From: an uncultured Pseudomonadota bacterium
Lineage (GTDB): Bacteria > Vulcanimicrobiota > Vulcanimicrobiia > Eremiobacterales > Eremiobacteraceae
NCBI GenBank assembly: GCA_963736005.1
Contig: CAVTNB010000003.1
Location: 384,001-448,000 of the forward strand
Direction: 5' to 3'
Length of the DNA: 64,000 bases
In this document: piece after piece, positions 57,300 through 64,000 of the stretch
Position numbering within the stretch: position 1 is the stretch's first letter
Layout of the letters: every line of letters starts with the position of its first letter
Notes under the pieces: model-generated
The model's database searches: none
What the model was told of the DNA's origin: nothing
The model's input: the letters and a program-made list of their open reading frames with translations, nothing else
Position numbers and translations under genes: made by a program

Positions 57300-58622
57300 T
57301 TAGGCGACGGTGCTCGTGCGCAGCGCGCGGTGGAGACTCGCTGCGCCATCAGAGAGTTTGATGTCCGCCGGTGAAACTTCATCGACAATGACTTGCTGCG
57401 CCAGTACATCGAGGTAGCTCACCTCGTCGGGAGCAAGTTTGGCCAGGCCCGTTCTCGCGAGCGCGACCAATTCTTTCGCCAGCGCTAAAACGTTCACGCC
57501 TTCCGAACGAGCATCCAGGGCATCGCGCGCAACCGCCATTTGAAGTGCCCGATAGCCCCCTCGGTCGAGACGAGGTGCGAGCCGAAGCGCTTGACCGAGC
57601 GTTTCGGCATCATACGTGAGGCCTTTCCAAAAAGCGGCGAGCGCTATCGCCATCTCGGGAGTTCCGCCGTCGGCGCTGCGCAGTTCAATGTAGTCTCGAA
57701 TGCGGGCCTCCGTGAAGATCATGCTCAGCAAGGTTGGAAAATCGTCAGCGTTCGATCCGGGTATGTCCGTGAGACGCAGACCGGCGTAGTCGAGAAGCTC
57801 ACCGTCGCGCTCGATAAAGAACACCGGCACGTCCAGCATTGCCGCTACGGAGCGGCGCAAATCGAATGGCTCCTCGAGCGTGCCGGGTCCCGGCCCAGTT
57901 CGATCGGCGTCTGTATCAAGCCACACCGCGTAGCGAACTGACTTCAAACCTGTCGGCGCTCCATCGACGAACGGAGAATTGGCGAACATCGCAGCAACGA
58001 TCGGTCCCAGGCGATTCCCCAAGACATATTTTCGCCCCAGATCTTCTTCGTCAGCGTAGTCGATGCTCGTTTGCATCGCAGCGGTCCTGGTCATCATATC
58101 CCAGGCGTGCTGTCCCCGCTGCCCGAGGTAGGGGCGCATGATCGCATAGCGTTGTTTGAGCACCCAAGATTGGTCGGCCGCGCTGCGTACCGGATCGAAT
58201 CCCATGCCGACAAAGAAGATGCCTAACTCTTGCGCGCAAGCATGCAGCTCCGTTAGAAAGCGTTGCAGCGCGCTCGCGTTGTCTGAAAGTGTGCGCTCGG
58301 CGTGACCGGAAAATTCAATCTGACCGCCCGGTTCGAGCGTTATGTCACCAAATGGCATGCGCACGGCAATGATGTTGAGATCCTCTAGAGTTGGCGCACC
58401 GCCCAACGTTACAAACATCCGCAGCAGTGCTTGCACGCGATCGCGATGGATGCGCGCAAGGGTGCTCTGCTCGAAGCCGAGGATTTCATATTCGATGCCG
58501 ACACGCCAATCAGCGACCGGCTTCGCATGCCGGCGAATGTACTCGCATGCTGCATCGAGGTCGAGCTCGGGAGCGGCAAGCGCACTGCCACCGCGGTCGC
58601 GGCGAGGAATAGGTTGCTGCAT
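57300..58622 (-). CDS. gshA: Glutamate-cysteine ligase (GCS2, plant/alphaproteobacterial GshA-EgtA type)
   Basis: VGIEYE, TLEPGGQIEFSG, K-RY-IM, MM-TA-Q-DY, FANSPF, R-W-DTD-RTG, IELRSAD. Confidence 0.88.
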   Translation of the reverse strand: MQQPIPRRDRGGSALAAPELDLDAACEYIRRHAKPVADWRVGIEYEILGFEQSTLARIHRDRVQALLRMFVTLGGAPTLEDLNIIAVRMPFGDITLEPGGQIEFSGHAERTLSDNASALQRFLTELHACAQELGIFFVGMGFDPVRSAADQSWVLKQRYAIMRPYLGQRGQHAWDMMTRTAAMQTSIDYADEEDLGRKYVLGNRLGPIVAAMFANSPFVDGAPTGLKSVRYAVWLDTDADRTGPGPGTLEEPFDLRRSVAAMLDVPVFFIERDGELLDYAGLRLTDIPGSNADDFPTLLSMIFTEARIRDYIELRSADGGTPEMAIALAAFWKGLTYDAETLGQALRLAPRLDRGGYRALQMAVARDALDARSEGVNVLALAKELVALARTGLAKLAPDEVSYLDVLAQQVIVDEVSPADIKLSDGAASLHRALRTSTVA

Positions 58623-58638
58623 TACGTAAGCGTTCTTT

Positions 58639-59943
58639 ATGAGTCCGCAGACTTTAACATTGGGGGCGATCGAGCGACTTCGCTCGGCTAGGGCGCAGAC
58701 CGTTCAACTTTTCGACCTGTCGACCTCTGATTCGGTCCTGCGGACCGAGCCAATGCCTGGGTTTCGTCCATTACTTTGGCATCTTGCCCACATCGGGGTG
58801 TACCAAAACTATTGGCTCCTGCAGCGCTGCGCGGGCCAACCCAGCATCAACCCGCTCTATGACGTCTACTTCGATCCCATCAAAACCCCACGAGAGGAGG
58901 CACCAGAGCTTCCCGATCGTTCGCAGATTCTAACTTACCTTGAGGAAACCAGCAAACGCGTTGAAGAGTTCCTCGAGCACGCCGACCTGCGCTCAGAGTC
59001 GATGGCTCACGCTAACAACGGGAAACTCACCCCGTCATATGCAGTTGATCTCGTGTACGAGCACGAGTGCCAGCACCAAGAAACGATTGCCTTTGTCTTT
59101 GCGTCGCTGCCGTACGCAAGCAAAAAGTCAGGGCCGGCGCTGATATCAGGGAAACGGGCGAACCCTCCGCGGGAAATTGTAGTACCGGCGGTGCGGGCTG
59201 CGATCGGGGGTGCACCTTTAGGATTCGTCTACGATAACGAGCTACCGCGACACGAAGTTGAGGTCAAGGCATTTTGCATCGACCGCGATTTGACGACCAA
59301 TGACGAGTATGCGCAGTTCGTTGAAAGCGGCGGTTACGCAAAGCGCGAGTGGTGGACCGACGACGGGTGGCACTGGAGAGAATCGGAAAATGTGAGCTTG
59401 CCTCTGTATTGGTCTGCAAAGCCGTTTCGAGAGCGCGGCTTTTTCACCGAAAGCGACCTGCGCGAGGATGCACCGGTCACGGGGGTGTCGTGGTACGAGG
59501 CGCAAGCGTACTGTGCGTTTCGGGGAAAGCGATTGCCAACCGAATTCGAGTGGGAAGTTGCGGCCGCATGGGATCCAGCGAGCGGCGAGATGCAACGCTT
59601 TCCGTGGGGCGACCGGCCGGCGCCGATCGAGCGGCCACAACCATTGAGCTTTGGAACTCTCCCAGTCGGCACGTGCGCGGACGGCAAGAGCGCACTTGGC
59701 CTAAACGACGTCACGACCAATCTTTGGCAATGGACGGCATCGCCATTTTCCGGCTATGCAGGTTTTGTCGCCTATCCGTATCCCGAATACTCGCAAGCAT
59801 GGTTCGATGGCGATCACTTCGTCGCGCGTGGCGGCTCCTGGTTTACTGCCCCAGCTTTAGGGCGCGCCAGCTTCCGCAATTTCTACCGGCGCCATTTTAG
59901 GCCCGCATTCATTGGCATCCGCTGCGCCCGCGACGCGGGATGA
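58639..59943 (+). CDS. EgtB-like non-heme iron sulfoxide synthase (DinB + FGE-sulfatase domains)
   Basis: WHLAH, EHECQHQE (HxxxH), DNE-P-H, VSWYEA-AY, RLPTE-EWE, WQWT, RGGSW, RNF, G-RCA. Confidence 0.85.
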   Translation: MSPQTLTLGAIERLRSARAQTVQLFDLSTSDSVLRTEPMPGFRPLLWHLAHIGVYQNYWLLQRCAGQPSINPLYDVYFDPIKTPREEAPELPDRSQILTYLEETSKRVEEFLEHADLRSESMAHANNGKLTPSYAVDLVYEHECQHQETIAFVFASLPYASKKSGPALISGKRANPPREIVVPAVRAAIGGAPLGFVYDNELPRHEVEVKAFCIDRDLTTNDEYAQFVESGGYAKREWWTDDGWHWRESENVSLPLYWSAKPFRERGFFTESDLREDAPVTGVSWYEAQAYCAFRGKRLPTEFEWEVAAAWDPASGEMQRFPWGDRPAPIERPQPLSFGTLPVGTCADGKSALGLNDVTTNLWQWTASPFSGYAGFVAYPYPEYSQAWFDGDHFVARGGSWFTAPALGRASFRNFYRRHFRPAFIGIRCARDAG

Positions 59944-61297
59944 AGCGTGGCTCCTTCGGGCGATCGATCGGTATCACGAGCTGTGTGCTGATCCTACGCT
60001 CGCTGGTCCCGATGTCGTCGCCTCGTTTGCCGCTGCCCAGATACGCCTCGGCCTAACCTTCGGCGGCATCGTCCAATGCCGCTCCCTTCGGCCTGCCTTC
60101 ATCACTTCCCGATCTCTTGAAGCGCTACGCAGGGCTGTCGACACGTTCTGGAACGTCATCCGCGTGATCGAACGAAGCGCGCTTGCGGATGCCTCGCTTG
60201 CCGTGCAACTCGGCTTGACCGAACAGGAACGCAACCTCATCGCCATCGATCCTGGCTACGACGATGCAACAGTCGTTTCTCGCCTCGATACGTTTTTTGC
60301 CGAACGTCCAATCGTCATCGAGTACAATGCCGACAGTCCGGCCGGCATGTCGTATCAAGCAGGGCAAGCAGGCCTCATGCGTCGCTTGCCGGTGTTTGCA
60401 CAATTCGCAACCGAATATCGCCTTGAGGAACTCCGCGCGGACGTTGCGTTGCGCGAAACATTGATTGATGTGTGGCGCGAGTTTAGCACCCGCAAGTCCC
60501 TTGCACCTCGCACGCCTTGCGTCGCCATCGTTGACGTCAAAGCGGCGGAGACGAGTGCCGAGTTCGGCCTTGTCGCCGAGGACTTCAAGACCCATGGCAT
60601 CCCGGCCGTCGTCGCGACGCCCGAGGATCTGCATCTGGTGGATGGCGAGCTGCATGCGTTTGGACGCAGAGTCGACCTCGTCTACAAACGACTGCTCGTT
60701 GCGGACTTTCTGGCGCACTATGACTTGCGCCATCCCTTGGTGCGGGCCTATGCCGCGGGAACCGTGTGCGTCGCGAGTTCGTTTCGTTGCACGATCGCTC
60801 AGAAGAAGCAGGCGCTCGCGGTTCTTTTTGACGACCGCCGTGCAACGTTGTTTTCGAACGAACAACGGCCCGCGATCGAGGAGCTGGTTGCACCGACCTG
60901 GCCGGCGCATTCGTTTGCCAGGGAGCGTTTGGAAACGGAGCGATTCGACTTCGTCCTCAAACCAAATGACGCGCATGGGGGCGAGAACGTGTTCCTTGGA
61001 TGGGAATGCGACGCCGCGCAATGGCGCGATTCGCTCGACACTGCGATCTCCGGCGACTACGTTGTTCAACGGCGAGTGCTGCCGTCTATGGCCACGTACC
61101 CCATTTTCGATGCGGCCGCTCCCCAGGACGGGGCAAAACTCACGGCGCTGCTCGAGGATCGAAACGCCTACGTCTTCCGAGGGATTCTCCGCGGGATCCT
61201 CACGCGATTGTCGGATTCGGCTATCATCAACGTTTCGCGTGGGGGCCAAGCAATTCCAACGTTTGTCATTTCGCCCGCAAACGATGCGCGCGAATAA
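59912..61297 (+). CDS. Circularly permuted ATP-grasp ligase (glutathionylspermidine/glutathione synthetase-like)
   Basis: RLD, EYNADSPAG, LKP-GG-V-LG, VVQ, INVSRGG; start uncertain. Confidence 0.8.
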   Translation: MASAAPATRDEAWLLRAIDRYHELCADPTLAGPDVVASFAAAQIRLGLTFGGIVQCRSLRPAFITSRSLEALRRAVDTFWNVIRVIERSALADASLAVQLGLTEQERNLIAIDPGYDDATVVSRLDTFFAERPIVIEYNADSPAGMSYQAGQAGLMRRLPVFAQFATEYRLEELRADVALRETLIDVWREFSTRKSLAPRTPCVAIVDVKAAETSAEFGLVAEDFKTHGIPAVVATPEDLHLVDGELHAFGRRVDLVYKRLLVADFLAHYDLRHPLVRAYAAGTVCVASSFRCTIAQKKQALAVLFDDRRATLFSNEQRPAIEELVAPTWPAHSFARERLETERFDFVLKPNDAHGGENVFLGWECDAAQWRDSLDTAISGDYVVQRRVLPSMATYPIFDAAAPQDGAKLTALLEDRNAYVFRGILRGILTRLSDSAIINVSRGGQAIPTFVISPANDARE

Positions 61298-61333
61298 ATT
61301 CGCCATCGAGCGGACCTAAAGGTCCGCTGCTAC
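61286..61333 (-). repeat. Partial family-B REP (contains ATP-grasp TAA) followed by family-A REP
   Basis: gcgcgcgaataaattcgc; agcggacctaaaggtccgctgctac. Confidence 0.8.
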
Positions 61334-61383
61334 ATTAGGCGGCGCGGAGGGCGAGGCTCGCGTTGAGGCCACCAAAGCCAAAA

Positions 61384-61563
61384 CTATTCGAGAGCACGAG
61401 GCACTGGCGCAGCGGCATCGGCACGGGCGGAGTTGAGATGGCAGCCTTCACCCGGCGTTTCCAAGTTGACCACGGGCACGACGGTGCTCTCGAATACCAA
61501 TGGCACACAGCGCAGCCTCCACCGCGCCGGTTCCATCAACTCGCGTGCAACCAAGCGTTCCAT
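61384..61563 (-). CDS. Possible small hypothetical protein (59 aa)
   Basis: ATG preceded by GGGAGCGAGGG; no recognisable motif. Confidence 0.3.
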   Translation of the reverse strand: MERLVARELMEPARWRLRCVPLVFESTVVPVVNLETPGEGCHLNSARADAAAPVPRALE

Positions 61564-61686
61564 GTCCCTCGCTCCCGTGTTGACTCTATCGCAATCGCTT
61601 AAAAAACCCATGAAGAGTGATGCCCGTCCGCCTAAAAATCTTATATGATATGAAAACGTCGAGCATAGGACGTTGAGGACCGAACG

Positions 61687-62010
61687 ATGCCAACTCTAAA
61701 GAAGCGTAAGGAAGAGCGCCAAACCCAACCGCCGCCTCGGGTCGATGGATCCGGAGTCATCGCTACACCTGTCTTTGACCCGATGATCCGGTCGCGCGAG
61801 CTAGCAGCGGCCGTCAGCCAGCTCATTGGAGCGGCGACCGAAATATCGGCATGGAGTGTTGGCTATCGCATCACGCCGCTGCTCAGCGGCGTTACCGTGT
61901 CCTGGGAGCGGCGGACCCTCCCGTCGCGGCAGTGGCTTCGCGAACTCGAACAGGAGATCATCACCTTCGGCATTTGCAACGGTCTCCAGGTTTGGTTCCG
62001 CGAGTTCTAA
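61687..62010 (+). CDS. Hypothetical protein (107 aa)
   Basis: GAGGA RBS, AT-rich upstream region, converges on pruA. Confidence 0.55.
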   Translation: MPTLKKRKEERQTQPPPRVDGSGVIATPVFDPMIRSRELAAAVSQLIGAATEISAWSVGYRITPLLSGVTVSWERRTLPSRQWLRELEQEIITFGICNGLQVWFREF

Positions 62011-62019
62011 TTCGGTCGG

Positions 62020-63579
62020 TTAGATTTTCTCGCTGACGGATTTCGCGAGCAAGAACAGCAGCAGGTAATCGGGCCCTCCCGCCTTTGAATCTGTCCCCGA
62101 CATGTTGAAGCCGCCAAAGGGGTGCACGCCGACCATCGCACCCGTGCTCTTGCGATTAAAATAGAGGTTCCCGACGTAAAATTCTTCACGCGCGCGTTCG
62201 AGCTTGCGGCGGTCGCTTGAATAGACGCTCCCAGTGAGACCAAACTCGGTGTTATTGGCGATCGCAAGAGCGTCGTCATAATCTTTCGCCTTGATAACGG
62301 CGAGCACCGGGCCGAAGATTTCCTCCTGCGCTAAGGTTGCGGTCGGCGCCACGTCGGTGAAGGCCGTCGGCTCGAGAAAATAGCCCTCGTCGCCCACGCG
62401 CTCGCCGCCGGCAAGCAGCTTGCCCTCCTTCTTGCCGATCTTGATGTAACTCTCGATCTTGTCGCGCGATCGCTCGTTGACGACCGGGCCCATGAAATTC
62501 GACGGATCGATGGGGTCGCCGACGGTGATTGCATCGACCCGCTCCGCGAGGCGAGAAACGAACTCGTCGTAGATGGACGCCTCGATAATCGCACGCGAGC
62601 ACGCCGAACACTTCTGCCCAGAAAAACCAAAAGCGGAACTGGCGACGCCTTCGACCGCAGCGGCAAGATCTGCATCGGCCGCGACGACGATCCCGTCCTT
62701 GCCTCCCATTTCCGCGACCACCCGTTTGATCCAATGTTGGCCCGGGTGCACGTCGGCCGCAAGGCGGTTGATGCGCAAGCCTACTTCTTTGCTGCCGGTG
62801 AACGAGATAAAGCGCACGCGGGGATCGCTGACCAACGCGTCGCCGATCGCTCCACCAGAACCCGTGATGAGATTGACGACTCCCGGTGGCAACCCGCAGG
62901 ACTCGAGCAACTCGACGAACCGCGCAGCGATGACCGGAGAATCACTTGAGGGCTTGAGCACGACCGTGTTGCCGGTGACGATCGCGGCGGACGTCATACC
63001 TGCCATGATCGCAAATGGGAAGTTCCACGGAGGGATCACGATGCCGACCCCCAGAGGAATGTAATGCATTTCGTTGTCTTCGCCCGGCAGCGGCGTCAAA
63101 GGCCTGCGCTGCGCATAGCGCAGCATCTCGCGGCCGTAATATTCGAGAAAGTCGATGCCCTCGGCGATGTCGCCGTCCGCTTCGGGCCAGCTCTTGCCCA
63201 CTTCGAGGATCAGCAGCGCATCGAACTCGTCTCGCCGTTTTCGCAGTTGTTCCGCAGCCGCAAAGAGCAGTTGTGCTCTCTCGCGGGCGGGAACGCGCGA
63301 CCACTGGGAAAAAGCGCGTTCGGCTGCGCCGATTGCTTCGCGCGCTTGCTCCACCGTTGCAGAGGCAACCCGCCCAACGATTTCACCCGGGTGCGAAGGA
63401 TTGATTGACGCAAATTGTTTGCCTGATGGGACGCGCTGTCCGCCGATGATGAGGTCGTACTCTTTGCGTTCGGCGCGCACGCTCGAGATCGCCGCAACAA
63501 GGCTCGCACGCTCGCCCTGGGTTTGAAACGTGCGGAGGGGTTCGTTCGTAAAAGGCCGCTGCTCGATTAGCGTCGCCAT
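62020..63579 (-). CDS. pruA: 1-pyrroline-5-carboxylate dehydrogenase (RocA/PruA type)
   Basis: FTNEP, PWNFP, FTGSKEVG, AEMGGKD, FSGQKCSACSR, EEIFGP, PFGGFNMSGTDSKAGG. Confidence 0.93.
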   Translation of the reverse strand: MATLIEQRPFTNEPLRTFQTQGERASLVAAISSVRAERKEYDLIIGGQRVPSGKQFASINPSHPGEIVGRVASATVEQAREAIGAAERAFSQWSRVPARERAQLLFAAAEQLRKRRDEFDALLILEVGKSWPEADGDIAEGIDFLEYYGREMLRYAQRRPLTPLPGEDNEMHYIPLGVGIVIPPWNFPFAIMAGMTSAAIVTGNTVVLKPSSDSPVIAARFVELLESCGLPPGVVNLITGSGGAIGDALVSDPRVRFISFTGSKEVGLRINRLAADVHPGQHWIKRVVAEMGGKDGIVVAADADLAAAVEGVASSAFGFSGQKCSACSRAIIEASIYDEFVSRLAERVDAITVGDPIDPSNFMGPVVNERSRDKIESYIKIGKKEGKLLAGGERVGDEGYFLEPTAFTDVAPTATLAQEEIFGPVLAVIKAKDYDDALAIANNTEFGLTGSVYSSDRRKLERAREEFYVGNLYFNRKSTGAMVGVHPFGGFNMSGTDSKAGGPDYLLLFLLAKSVSEKI

Positions 63580-63678
63580 GCGTACTCCAAAGAGAATCAA
63601 AGGGGGCGAAAGAAAGGTCGCATCATTGGTTCGCCGGTTCGCGTGGGCCAACCCTGGCAGCAGTGCGACGGAGGATAC

Positions 63679-64000
63679 GTGCAGCCGGAGCCGTTCGATA
63701 TCGGGCCCGCAGGCCCCAATGAGTTTGACGTGGCAAGCGAGTTTTGGGTCGCGATGCGGCGAGAACTCGATATGCCGGATGAGGACCTCGCGCCGGATTG
63801 GAAGCCGCGCGCGATTGCCTACTTTACTCGCAGACACGTTGCCGGCGAACTGCGCTGGTTCTTGGCTCGCGACGGCTCGCGAGTCGTCGCCAGTGCGACA
63901 GGTTTCTTGCTCGACGGCTACCCGAGTGAAATTTGCATCAACCGAAAAGTAGGATATGTCGCCGGCGTGTACGTCCTTCCCCAGTTTCGCCGGCGCGGGC
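63679..64000 (+). CDS. GNAT acetyltransferase, truncated by window end (not in ORF track)
   Basis: GGAGG then GTG; my translation ends GYVAGVYVLPQFRRRG (motif A). Confidence 0.8.
   Translation, partial: MQPEPFDIGPAGPNEFDVASEFWVAMRRELDMPDEDLAPDWKPRAIAYFTRRHVAGELRWFLARDGSRVVASATGFLLDGYPSEICINRKVGYVAGVYVLPQFRRRG

Noticed and set aside
60125..61306. 393-aa minus-strand ORF and similar long antisense ORFs (e.g. 19001-20245, 2120-3163)
   Set aside because: Shadow ORFs opposite well-supported genes in GC-rich DNA, with no recognisable motifs.

Overview
Gene-dense, GC-rich bacterial chromosomal window of mostly housekeeping and metabolic genes. A TonB-dependent receptor implies a diderm envelope; the gene style suggests Eremiobacterota/WPS-2, but that is a weak inference. 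Contents include a branched-chain 2-oxoacid dehydrogenase operon, an M1 aminopeptidase, an EF-G paralogue, queE/queD, rpoZ, tryptophanase, an ABC-2 exporter, a two-component pair, a SWIM-SNF2 helicase, tRNA-Leu(GAG), oppBC, acnA, icd, an ECF sigma/anti-sigma pair and P5C dehydrogenase. No prophage, CRISPR or intact transposase was seen. Four observations stand out. (1) An unannotated, highly structured ~250-nt standalone RNA gene (~5677-5927) has a near-consensus sigma70 promoter, two DnaA boxes and a terminator-like hairpin. (2) A gshA / egtB-like / circularly permuted ATP-grasp cluster lacks egtC/D/E and is a candidate new thiol or peptide pathway. (3) A luxE-luxC-class III aminotransferase operon has no luciferase and may convert an acid to an aldehyde and then an amine. 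(4) At least four GTAG-type REP families supply the stop codons of nine genes and lie in-frame inside luxC. Three genes (E1-alpha, SNF2, icd) carry single-base frameshifts that look like sequencing errors. All functional calls come from motif recognition by eye; no database searches were run.
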